DNA of 64,000 bases from positions 1 to 64,000 of the forward strand of contig CDROCS010002735.1 of the NCBI GenBank assembly GCA_977020255.1. Reading direction: 5' to 3'. The translations under genes were made by a program, and so were the position numbers. Positions 22,832-31,972 of this stretch are shown in pieces. The notes under the pieces are model-generated. The model made no database searches. It was not told the origin of the DNA and was given only the letters and a program-made list of their open reading frames with translations. This DNA is from Obrimoposthia wandeli (taxonomy: Eukaryota). Position 1 is the stretch's first letter. Each line of letters opens with the position of its first letter.

Positions 22832-23851
22832 ATGACAACTGACACGATGAACGCGCTGGTATATACCGATACTCAAGAGATTACCTATCGCAGGGAGCCG
22901 TTACCAAAACCGCGCCCGGGTGATGTACGTGTTGATATCGCCGCTACTGCAATTTGCGGATCGGATATGCACGCCTATCACGGTAAAGACGCCCGTAGAG
23001 TACCACCATTAATTCTCGGTCACGAGGTTAGCGGCACTGTTCTGGATGGTCGTTATGCCGGACAACGTATGGTGATAAACCCACTGATGACTTGCGGTGA
23101 GTGTGTCGATTGTGCCGGCGGGCGCAGCAATTTGTGCGCCAATAGAGAGCTTATCGGTATGTACCTGCCGGGGGCATTTGCCGAGCAAGTGGCGATTTCA
23201 GAGCGCAACTTACTGCCTATTCCCAGCGATATGAACCCTATCAATGCGTCACTTACTGAACCAACAGCAACCGGATTACACGCGGTTGCGTTAGTTGAAC
23301 GGGTCTTGGCGCGGCCGCTTTCAGAGGCGCGCTGTTTAGTAATAGGTGGCGGTGCGATCGGTATGCTGACCACGCTGATCTTGAAAGCTAAAGGTTGCGT
23401 GGCGATAGATCTTGCAGAAACTAACGCGTTGAGAAGACGCAGCGTTGAAGAGCAAAATTGTGCCACTTGTTTTAATCCAATGGAAGAGCCTCTGCCTCAT
23501 CCTAGTGGCTACGACGTGGTCTTTGACTGTGTGGGTGCTGGTGTGACAAGGCGTACGGCCAGCGAGGCAGTCCGCCCCGGTGGCATTATTTCCCATGTGG
23601 GTTTGCAGGACGATGGGCCGGGGCTAGATACCCGTAAACTTACCTTGCAAGAAGTCATACTATTGGGCAACTACTGTTACACCCGAGCCGATATGCAAGC
23701 GTCGATCGACATGCTGTATCGCGGTCAACTGGGTAGTTTAGATTGGGTTGAAGTGCGCCCGCTCTCAGGCGGCTCTCAGGCCTTCACTGACTTGCATAAC
23801 GGTAATGTGGCGGCGGCCAAAATAGTGCTGCAACCAGATTCGTTATTATGA
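22832..23851 (+). CDS. hpsP: Zn-dependent (MDR) alcohol dehydrogenase, DHPS 2-dehydrogenase
   Basis: ICGSD, GHE, CGECVDC..C structural Zn site, LTEP, GGGAIG. Confidence 0.8.
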   Translation: MTTDTMNALVYTDTQEITYRREPLPKPRPGDVRVDIAATAICGSDMHAYHGKDARRVPPLILGHEVSGTVLDGRYAGQRMVINPLMTCGECVDCAGGRSNLCANRELIGMYLPGAFAEQVAISERNLLPIPSDMNPINASLTEPTATGLHAVALVERVLARPLSEARCLVIGGGAIGMLTTLILKAKGCVAIDLAETNALRRRSVEEQNCATCFNPMEEPLPHPSGYDVVFDCVGAGVTRRTASEAVRPGGIISHVGLQDDGPGLDTRKLTLQEVILLGNYCYTRADMQASIDMLYRGQLGSLDWVEVRPLSGGSQAFTDLHNGNVAAAKIVLQPDSLL

Positions 23852-23964
23852 TTTTTAAGTGCAATGGCTCTAGATTTACGTCGAGGTGATGTGTTTGTTA
23901 TCAGCAAAAAACCAAGTTAGCAGTTTAACAACATACAATGATTATATTTTAGGAAAAAAATAAC

Positions 23965-25083
23965 ATGAATAACAGTGAAAAAATCTGGCATGCGCTGGGT
24001 CAAAACAAAGTAGACAAGATAGCATTCAATCCATGCAATAAGCTTAATTTAGTGATGAAGTACGTCCCTAAAGAGATGGAAGTATGGGACATAACTAAAG
24101 AATCGGGTGGTCTGGCGCTATGTTTTGGGCGCAGTTTAGGCGCTAAACGCTCTGCGATGTTTATTCAAAACACTGGCTTAGGTAACTTGGTAACTGAACT
24201 TTACACTATGCAAAAGTTGTATCAGGAAGGGTTACCTATATTCGCATCTTTTCGAGGTTACTTCCAAGAGCCTATAGAAGCGCAAATCATCTACGGCAGC
24301 AACATGCAAAGGTTACTTGGCGCGATTGATGTCGAGTATCGTATTCTGGAAAAAAGCGAAGATCTGATTGACCTAGAAGAAGATGTCGCCAACTGTTTTG
24401 CTGAGAAGAAAGTCAAAGTTTACTTGTTGTCACCAGAACTTTGGGAAGAACGTGTGGATGACTACCATGTATTTGGTCAGCCAAAATTCACTCCAGTGAC
24501 GGTTAAAACTGAAGCTTATGATGGCAACCCTACGCAAATACGTGCTGAGGCCATCGAAGTAATTATGGATAACGTTGGTAGCGATGATATTGTTCTGTCG
24601 CAGATCGGTTTCCCTTCTAAAGAAGTTTATAACGCCAATGACCGCGCAGAGAATTTTTACATGTTGGGTGCTCTTGGCTCAGCGACAGAAGTGGGCATAG
24701 GGCTGGCAGATGCGCTAGAAGATCGCCATGTCTACATAGTGGATGGCGATGGATCTTTCTTCTTTAACCCTAACCAGTTGGTTGATTTGGCAGCATTTAA
24801 ACCGAAAAACTTAACGGTAATCTGTTTAGACAATGGTAGCTATGGCTCCACTGGCAACCAGCCGACGCTGAGTTCAAGTGGTATGAATTTAAGTTCTTGG
24901 GCGCAGACCATGGGTATAGAGCGCACGGGCATCACAGACGAGCCTGAAGTATTTGCCGAGTTGCTCAAAGAGAAGCCTTCTTTCATTCACTATCTGATTA
25001 AAGCGGGTAATAAAAAAACGGGTGATGAAATACCTTTGAAAGCAGTGGAAATTAAGCAACGCTTTATGGACGCTGTACTCTAA
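23965..25083 (+). CDS. comDE: Fused sulfopyruvate decarboxylase (ComD-ComE), TPP-dependent
   Basis: N-half is ComD-like (NPC..KES..QNTGLGN..SFRG..EPIEAQ..LSPELWE). C-half is ComE-like (IGFPSKEVY..DRAENFYMLG..GDGS..LDNGSYGSTGNQPT). Confidence 0.8.
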   Translation: MNNSEKIWHALGQNKVDKIAFNPCNKLNLVMKYVPKEMEVWDITKESGGLALCFGRSLGAKRSAMFIQNTGLGNLVTELYTMQKLYQEGLPIFASFRGYFQEPIEAQIIYGSNMQRLLGAIDVEYRILEKSEDLIDLEEDVANCFAEKKVKVYLLSPELWEERVDDYHVFGQPKFTPVTVKTEAYDGNPTQIRAEAIEVIMDNVGSDDIVLSQIGFPSKEVYNANDRAENFYMLGALGSATEVGIGLADALEDRHVYIVDGDGSFFFNPNQLVDLAAFKPKNLTVICLDNGSYGSTGNQPTLSSSGMNLSSWAQTMGIERTGITDEPEVFAELLKEKPSFIHYLIKAGNKKTGDEIPLKAVEIKQRFMDAVL

Positions 25084-25141
25084 AAATCTTGAATAAGCCA
25101 ATTGTTTTATCTAAAGCTCTTTAAAACGATTAAACATACGC

Positions 25142-25179
25142 TTGGCAGCTTTGAATGACTGGTTATTCAAAGCTGCCAA
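25142..25179 (+). terminator. Strong hairpin ending the hps-comDE operon
   Basis: TTGGCAGCTTTGAAT-(8 nt)-ATTCAAAGCTGCCAA, 15-bp perfect stem. Confidence 0.7.
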
Positions 25180-25443
25180 ACGGGTTGACAACTCGAGATG
25201 AAAAAAAATCTACTTCAATTTAGGCCCAGATTGATAGTTCCTAACATTTCCTAAGTACCTACATCTATGTAGGCAAGTAGCAAGGAACTTTTGAAGACGA
25301 GCTTCGCCGAGCATAGAGGGTATTATTTCCTTTGATATCGGCTTTTACTGATCAGCTAGCCTAATCGATAATTAATACTGATAAAAACCTTACTCTTACA
25401 ATTCAGCATTTTAAAATCAAATTCTCTCTCAGAGACCCCGTTA

Positions 25444-26094
25444 ATGACCATTAAACAGAAAATAATATCGTCTATTTCTCTTTCAATATTCTTAATAATT
25501 ACCTTACTTGCTTTTATTAGTAATCATAATATAAGCCAGTCATCGATGGACTCTACTATTAAATTTATGGACGAAGAAGTGAGTGCTACCGGAAAAACAC
25601 TAGAACAGAAAATGGAAGTGCTTTTTATAGGACTAGAGCTAGCCGCTTCTCTTTATAGTCCAGATCGAGCGGTGGCCGCGAGCCCTGATAAAGAAGCATT
25701 GGCACGTGAGATGGCACCCATAACGGCTTTGACCAAATCCTTAAGTATCATCAATGCATATGCGGGCCATAAAGGTGGCGTAACATATTCTTCGTCGACC
25801 GCAGGTGAAGTGCCTAATTTTAATGCCAAAGAAAAAAAACGTGAATGGTACTTACGTATCTTTGCAGGTGACAAGCGCTTAATTACCAAACCATACAAAT
25901 CTGCTGAGGGAGGATTAGTGATGGCGATAGCGGTGCCTTTGCTTAAAAATGGTGCCGTTGTCTCAACCATGAACGCTAATTTAGCACTCACTGAAATATC
26001 GTCATTTATAGAACAGCTTAACCCAGCTGCAAAAATTGACTTAACCAGAGATGATGGTTTCATCATAGCGGGTGCGAATGAGTGGATTGGCTAA
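25444..26094 (+). pseudogene. Truncated methyl-accepting chemotaxis protein (TM plus dCache only)
   Basis: N-terminal TM, REWY..ITKPY..MAIAVP..NANLAL Cache motifs. Stops before TM2, HAMP and the signalling domain. Confidence 0.7.
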
Positions 26095-26406
26095 AATCAG
26101 TTTCAACGCTATCTCGCTCAAAAAATAGCGGCTAATTATATAAAAAGTAACTACGAGGCTATTGCATATAAAGGTAGTGGTGCTGATTTAGAACTGATCC
26201 GCGGAAGTCGAAAATTATTGTTGTGTAGTAAGCGATTTAAAGCGGCTAAAACCGGAATAGAGCCTTTGAAACTATTAGTTGCTGTTGGAAATAAAGCTGA
26301 AGCAATGGGATATTTGTATGTAACACTGGGCGATGTCTCAGCTTCTGCTCGTGATTATGCTCAAAAAAATAATATAGAGTTAATTCAGTCTAGCAGTACT
26401 GTTTGA
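26095..26406 (+). pseudogene. Mrr-like restriction endonuclease catalytic-domain fragment
   Basis: In frame after the MCP stop: ..YKGSGADLELIRGSRKLLLCSKRFKAAKTGIEPL..ARDYAQKNNIELI, matching the Mrr_cat D..xK pattern. No start codon or N-terminal anchor. Confidence 0.55.
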
Positions 26407-26533
26407 TGGCAAGGTTAAGATTGACTGAAGATGGCTTGTTATCAGAGCTACATCCGTGTTGCTCTGATTTGCGTTTTAGATTAGGTAATTACGTTGTTTA
26501 CGTAAAGCGTGGCTGTTCTTTTACAATAGATTT

Positions 26534-27838
26534 TTATCTAAAATCAAACAGCTCTCGATGGAATGAACCTCTAGGTAATTTTGCTTTATAGAATGCTTGT
26601 TCACATTTTTCTCCAAGTGACAGCGGACCGCAGTACCAAACGCTACACTCGCAAATGTCCTTCACAACTTCCAATACATCTTTGGGGGTTAGCCAAGAAC
26701 TATTATTGGTATTAATTAAGTGTAAAGTTACATTTGCTTGGTGTGCGCGTTCTTTTAACTGGGCGAGCAAGCTGTCATCGGGTGAATTGTAAGTGTAAAA
26801 AAGATCGACATGTTTATTGTGCTTGAGGTCTTCTAAGGCAGCCATAAATGGCGCGACTCCAATGCCGCCTGCGACCCAAATTTGCTGCTTAGCTTGATCG
26901 TCAAAATCAAAGCAGCCATAAGGGCCTTCCAACTCTACAGTTTGTCCTAGTTCTAATCTGTCTGTAAGAGTACTTGTATAATCACCATTCGCTTGAATTA
27001 AAAAATGCATAAGGCCTTCTTTAATGTTTTTGGATGCAAGGGTAAATGGATGGGCTCGCTCGTCTTTATCAAAGCCAACAAATGCAAATTGCCCAGAACG
27101 ATATGATTGTATACTGCTAGTTGAGCGCATCGTTACTTTTACCCCATTTTGATAAGGGGTTATTTCTTCTATAATCGCGTGGCTTCGATTAGCTTTGCCG
27201 TTTAAATCAAAAATAGTTAATAAACTTGCAATACTTGCCAATGGCACTGTGATTGCAAGTACTAGACCTGGAAGCGATAACCACAGCTGAGAATCTAAAA
27301 AAATCAACATATGTATAACTAATAACAAATAAATGTAAGGAATAAATTTGTGGCTATACTGAAAGAAACGGTGAGGGAAGTATTTAAGCCATGCTATAAG
27401 CACAAAAGCGGTAATAAGATAGAAAGCCCATTCCCCGATAAATTGTGCAGGGTCGCCCATGAATTCAATTAATTTCCAGAAAGGATATTTTTCTTCTGTG
27501 GTGGCTATATAGCCTTGATCCATTGCGATGTCGTCACTTAGAAAACTTAACCAGTGTATGAATGCACAAATAGTTGTGATGATCCCAAGGTACTTGTGTA
27601 ACCGGTATTGCTGATCTAGCCCGCGTAGCCATTTCTCTATCGGCCAATGCTTGACCGAGAGAATTACGGTTAAAGACATTAAGATCATTGTCACGATACC
27701 GCTATAATTGACTAAAAAACTTCTTATCTGCCAAAAAATGGGCCATTTTGAAGTTGCCAATTGCAAAGTAATAGATCCAAAAGGCAGAGCTAACGCTACA
27801 ACAAGGAGCAAAAGGCTGAGGTATAAATTTCTATTCAT
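26534..27838 (-). CDS. Ferric reductase-like transmembrane protein with FNR (FAD/NADH) domain
   Basis: His-bearing TM helices (HKYLG, SH..VIH), HPFTLAS, LEGPYG, AGGIGVAPF, WYCGP, ELFDFR. Confidence 0.88.
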   Translation of the reverse strand: MNRNLYLSLLLLVVALALPFGSITLQLATSKWPIFWQIRSFLVNYSGIVTMILMSLTVILSVKHWPIEKWLRGLDQQYRLHKYLGIITTICAFIHWLSFLSDDIAMDQGYIATTEEKYPFWKLIEFMGDPAQFIGEWAFYLITAFVLIAWLKYFPHRFFQYSHKFIPYIYLLLVIHMLIFLDSQLWLSLPGLVLAITVPLASIASLLTIFDLNGKANRSHAIIEEITPYQNGVKVTMRSTSSIQSYRSGQFAFVGFDKDERAHPFTLASKNIKEGLMHFLIQANGDYTSTLTDRLELGQTVELEGPYGCFDFDDQAKQQIWVAGGIGVAPFMAALEDLKHNKHVDLFYTYNSPDDSLLAQLKERAHQANVTLHLINTNNSSWLTPKDVLEVVKDICECSVWYCGPLSLGEKCEQAFYKAKLPRGSFHRELFDFR

Positions 27839-28051
27839 ATTATTCACTAATAGAGAACGGCCAGTTATCATTATCTAAAGCATTAAAATAATACCGAAAA
27901 TAGCTTAGTTATATCTCTGATAAAGGCTGCATCATTTTTAATATTTACCAATCTGATTAAGACTGAATGTTTCTTAATCATAAATCCCTGGATGTAAAAA
28001 AAATGTGTTTATAGCTTTTGTAAACTCTGTATAGCATAGGAATCATGCTTA

Positions 28052-28079
28052 AGTATCACTATTAATAAATAGTGATACT
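28052..28079. repeat. Perfect 12-bp inverted repeat
   Basis: AGTATCACTATT-AATA-AATAGTGATACT. Confidence 0.85.
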
Positions 28080-28411
28080 AGTCTTTTATAAAGGTTATTA
28101 TTTGTAAATTAAGCGCATTGAGTGGGTTATATAAAACATTACTTAGCTTTAAAGCATGTGGAAGCTCGAATATGGTAATCAATATTTAATTATTGCCGAG
28201 TATACAACGGCTTACTCTTAGGGGATTTGTATGTAACGAAAATAACAAACTTGCTGGGAAATAGAAGTGCCTTTACGATGACGAATAAGTTAACTATTAT
28301 TAATGTTTAAGGCAGAGGCTAAAAATATTAATAAATGGACGGTAAAAGTCGATGGTATATTCTGGTTGCGCTTAGTTTTAATAATACTTAGAAATTCGTT
28401 AAAAGCTTATT

Positions 28412-28435
28412 AACCTAAACCTAAACCTAAACCTA
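28412..28435. repeat. Hexamer tandem repeat (AACCTA)4
   Basis: Read directly from the sequence, just downstream of the SBP gene stop. Confidence 0.9.
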
Positions 28436-28476
28436 AAACATTAATGTCATGGTAAAGTGGGCCCTAGTTGCAAAAT

Positions 28477-29190
28477 TTAGTTATCTTTCACAATTGATCT
28501 ACTCAATCTTTCAATCTGTTTTTTTTCATTAATGATTTTAATTTGTTTACTAATTTTTTTAAGTAAGTTTTTATGCTTAATATGTATAAAGTGATACAAC
28601 TTTTGACTAATTAATGGGGGTTGTTGCATGTAAATGCCTGCTATTTCTTTTTCTGTAATATGAGCTTTAATTATATCGCAATTGCCGACAACTAGGTCAA
28701 CACGGTTTTTTTTAAGCATATATATGAGTTGTTCAATTTTGTTAACTGATACGCTGGCTTTCGCTTTGTTTGCAAGTTTTGTGGATTGTTTACCACCAGC
28801 TTGAAACCCAACTATTAATTGGCTTAAATCACTAATTGAAGCGATTTTAAATGTATCACTATTTGTGAAAGCACAAATATTAATCATATTCACAGGTACA
28901 TCTACTTTTATCAAGTTAGGGTACTCTTTCGCATCTATATTTGATCTTCGAAGTTCGCCGTCGTAAGTACCTTTATTGCTTTCCGTTAAAGCTCTGAGAC
29001 CCGGTAGTTTGATAATGTTTACTTTAAACCCTAGATTCTTGTATGCTTCTATAATTATAGATTCAGTCCATAAGTCACGCTGAGAGGAGCCTCTATCAAG
29101 GGTAGAAAAAGTTATTTCCTTAGGTGCGGCTGCATGTGATAAGTTCGAGCAGGCCAACATTATAGATAAAAGGAGGAGCGATGATTTCAT
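28477..29190 (-). CDS. Orphan periplasmic solute-binding protein (family 3-like)
   Basis: Signal peptide, LPGLRAL..GTYDGE, MLKKNRVDLVV, LYHFIHIKH. Confidence 0.75.
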   Translation of the reverse strand: MKSSLLLLSIMLACSNLSHAAAPKEITFSTLDRGSSQRDLWTESIIIEAYKNLGFKVNIIKLPGLRALTESNKGTYDGELRRSNIDAKEYPNLIKVDVPVNMINICAFTNSDTFKIASISDLSQLIVGFQAGGKQSTKLANKAKASVSVNKIEQLIYMLKKNRVDLVVGNCDIIKAHITEKEIAGIYMQQPPLISQKLYHFIHIKHKNLLKKISKQIKIINEKKQIERLSRSIVKDN

Positions 29191-29298
29191 AGAGCCCTCT
29201 AAAGTTGAATATAACCTTAATAACATTCTACCTTAGAAAGTCCAACAACTAATAGCGGTTAATTCCTATTGTTCACAATAACCTTCCGACATATCGGT

Positions 29299-30354
29299 CT
29301 AAAGGGGATAGCGGTAAACGGTAAATTTCCCTCGTACCTTGCTTATTCCATCATTCATCTTGGCTAGCAGTTTTAGCTGTGGGCATGGAATATAAAGATA
29401 GTTATCGTGAACATCCATTGCATCGGGCCAAAGTAATCGATCGTCTTGCACAAGATTACCGACTATTTTACCCTGTTTGATAATCGTAATTGCTTTATCT
29501 TGCACGTTTCCTAGAAATAAGCGGTTATTATTATCTTTTGTTATGCCACCGATAGTAAGTGATTTACTATATACTTCAACGTGTTGAGCTAGTTGATCAG
29601 CGGTGAGGGTTTCCTTTAGTAAATAATCTGTGTTAATACGATACATTACAGGCCCTCCAGTAGGCTGATAGTATAAGTACCTACCTTGATTATCTAACTC
29701 TATGTCATTTAAATGTAAAAAATCTGTACGAAACGGTTTTCCTTCAAAATAAGTGACAACATCAGGGTGTGCCCGAGCTGAAAAGTGCTTGTCGAGTAAT
29801 CTTCTCGCTTTGCCCGTCTTTAAATCAACCACAATCAGGGCGCCGATACCAAACTCAGAGATATAAGCAACTTTCTTGTTCAGATCAATACGTACGTCGT
29901 TAAGTTTTGCGCCAGCGGGTAATATGTTTTCAGTAAAACGATAAACACGTTCCACTTCGTTTGTTGAAGTATTAATTTTAACCAGTTTCTGGCTATCTTT
30001 TATTGGCTTGGTCCAAAAAGGAGCGGCATAGTCAACGACCCATAAATTATTATTGGTGTCTGTATGTACTGCATTGACATTAGAAAACCGATTATATGCG
30101 TCATTTAGGCTGTGTTTATTCCATTGATTACCAGGGTAAGCAATGACATTTCCATTGCTCATAACCTCACCTACAGAAGGTGAGGGATGGTCTGTCCACT
30201 GTGGCATGGAAACAAATATGCGTTTATCTGTGGTGATGGCGACACCGTTCATAGCAAATTGTGATTGAGCAACCGTTTCTAGTTTTTCTGAGTTGGCTTG
30301 CGCTAAGCTACAAAACAAACAAGTAGCAAGAAGTGTGTACAAAATTTTAGACAT
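29299..30354 (-). CDS. Major royal jelly protein / yellow family (L-dopachrome tautomerase-related) secreted beta-propeller
   Basis: Signal peptide, NGVAIT..RIFVSMP, LWVVD, LNDVRID..AYISE, LLWPDA. Confidence 0.85.
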   Translation of the reverse strand: MSKILYTLLATCLFCSLAQANSEKLETVAQSQFAMNGVAITTDKRIFVSMPQWTDHPSPSVGEVMSNGNVIAYPGNQWNKHSLNDAYNRFSNVNAVHTDTNNNLWVVDYAAPFWTKPIKDSQKLVKINTSTNEVERVYRFTENILPAGAKLNDVRIDLNKKVAYISEFGIGALIVVDLKTGKARRLLDKHFSARAHPDVVTYFEGKPFRTDFLHLNDIELDNQGRYLYYQPTGGPVMYRINTDYLLKETLTADQLAQHVEVYSKSLTIGGITKDNNNRLFLGNVQDKAITIIKQGKIVGNLVQDDRLLWPDAMDVHDNYLYIPCPQLKLLAKMNDGISKVRGKFTVYRYPL

Positions 30355-30385
30355 TACTTTGTTCCTTTAATTTATATTCTCTATT

Positions 30386-30417
30386 ACCTACCTACCTACC
30401 TACCTACCTGCCTGCCT
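30386..30417. repeat. Tetranucleotide microsatellite (ACCT)6(GCCT)2
   Basis: Read directly, about 30 bp upstream of the MRJP start codon. Confidence 0.9.
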
Positions 30418-30505
30418 TAGTTAGATTGGGCAGGTGGTTAATACTACTTGTCATTATGTGGAAAAAATGTGCTTTATTTATAAAAAGCGAACATTTTTAC
30501 TTGCT

Positions 30506-31972
30506 CTAAATACAATAAATCAGGCTACGTTTTAGTGTTGAAAACTTATTTTCGCAACCCATTACGACTAAACTAGCGGGCATATCTTGAGTGCGTATGA
30601 CAATAAATTCACCTTTTAGACTCTTTGTGATATTGGCTAATGTATCGTCGACTAATTTAGCTTTACCTTTGGCGTAATAGCGCGCTGAAAAAGGAAGGTT
30701 TTTAAGATAATAGATAGTAGAGCTTTTGTATTCTAGTTGCTGTTGCCACGCTTGTATTATTGGCTTTTGGCTTGGTTTAGTCATTGGCTTTAGCGCAATG
30801 ATAGCGACGCCTAAGAGTATTAAAAGCGGCGTAAATAGCCCTAAGTAATAATATTTTAAGGCTAGCGGGCAACGCATGTGAAAACGAGCTAAAAGCAAAG
30901 CGAATGCTGGAATACCAGGTAACACATAGGTCCATAAAATATTGCCAGAAAAAGAAAACAATATTAACGGAGATAAGAGCCAGCAATAGAGAAACGAATC
31001 TATCCCTTGCGTTTTTTCAGGTTGCTTATTACTTGATTTATAGTAACGAACTATTTGTACTATAAAGAGAGGAAACCAAGGAAGCGTTGCAATTATCCAA
31101 TACAACCAAATAGTACCGCGCATTCTATCATGAGCACTTCCGTAAAGGTCGCCTTCCCAGCCTGATACAACAAAACGTTTAAAATGCTCGCCCAGCAAAA
31201 AATAATTCAAGAAGCCAGGGGTTGCCTGCTCTGCTAATAAATACCAAGGCAGAGCTAATACTATGAACACTAATATACCTGAACGCCAAGGGAGGCATTG
31301 AAGTAGTTTATGCCACCTTGATTGAAAGCTTATCCAAATACAAAGGCTGATACCAACCAGTAATAGGGCTATTGGGCCCTTTGATAACATACCTAGTGCT
31401 AAAGCAACAAAAAACAGATGTCCCCAGAAAATATTTTTTTTCTGCCAATATAGCCAAAAGCTCGTCATTGCCAGTGAGACAGAAAACATTAATGCGGTAT
31501 CTGTCATCACAGCAGCACCGATAATTATAAAAATACTGGTGGTTGCTAATAGAGCGCAACTTAACCAGGCATAATTTGAGGTATTATCTTTAGTGGATAG
31601 GGATGACCTATTAAACAATTCGCCGGTTTTGGCTAAGTACCAAATAACATATAATGTGGCGAGAGCGACTAGAAAATGCGGAGCTCTCAGGGCAAACTCG
31701 TTATCACCTAGAAACTTTAAACCCGTAGCACTTAACCAAGTAAATATCGGCGGTTTACCCCAAAATGGCACCTCGTAATCAAACATTGGTGTTAACCAGT
31801 TTCCTGTTTCTAACATCATTCTCGCCATTTCACCGTATCTGGCTTCTGTGGTGTCCATTACTGGGTACAAATTAAGGGAAAACAATCTTACTATTAAAGT
31901 GATGATGATAAGTAACAGGGAAATACGTAACATATCGTTGAGTTTTAATTGCTGCCAAACAGTATTATTCAT
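30506..31972 (-). CDS. arnT: ArnT/PMT-family (GT-C) undecaprenyl-linked glycosyltransferase
   Basis: DTTEARYGEMAR.M, FWGKPP, TDTAL, LSKGP, EHFKRF; multi-TM. Confidence 0.8.
   Translation of the reverse strand: MNNTVWQQLKLNDMLRISLLLIIITLIVRLFSLNLYPVMDTTEARYGEMARMMLETGNWLTPMFDYEVPFWGKPPIFTWLSATGLKFLGDNEFALRAPHFLVALATLYVIWYLAKTGELFNRSSLSTKDNTSNYAWLSCALLATTSIFIIIGAAVMTDTALMFSVSLAMTSFWLYWQKKNIFWGHLFFVALALGMLSKGPIALLLVGISLCIWISFQSRWHKLLQCLPWRSGILVFIVLALPWYLLAEQATPGFLNYFLLGEHFKRFVVSGWEGDLYGSAHDRMRGTIWLYWIIATLPWFPLFIVQIVRYYKSSNKQPEKTQGIDSFLYCWLLSPLILFSFSGNILWTYVLPGIPAFALLLARFHMRCPLALKYYYLGLFTPLLILLGVAIIALKPMTKPSQKPIIQAWQQQLEYKSSTIYYLKNLPFSARYYAKGKAKLVDDTLANITKSLKGEFIVIRTQDMPASLVVMGCENKFSTLKRSLIYCI

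Noticed and set aside
23965-25083. Phosphonopyruvate decarboxylase / phosphonate biosynthesis
   Set aside because: There is no pepM. The motifs (IGFPSKE, NFYMLG) fit ComE rather than the STTG..SRE and FLTVGSMG pattern I recall for Ppd, and the context is sulfonate.
23965-25083. Coenzyme M biosynthesis in this bacterium
   Set aside because: No comA, comB, comC, cysteate synthase or CoM-dependent enzymes are in the window, and the operon context is catabolic.
25236-25289. Integron attC site
   Set aside because: It lacks proper RYYYAAC/GTTRRRY ends, and there is no cassette array or integrase.
29299-30354. Insect-to-bacterium transfer of an MRJP gene
   Set aside because: Yellow/MRJP proteins are a known, widespread bacterial family.
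28412-30417. CRISPR-like or telomere-like repeats
   Set aside because: These are simple 4-6 bp tandem tracts without spacers or cas genes.
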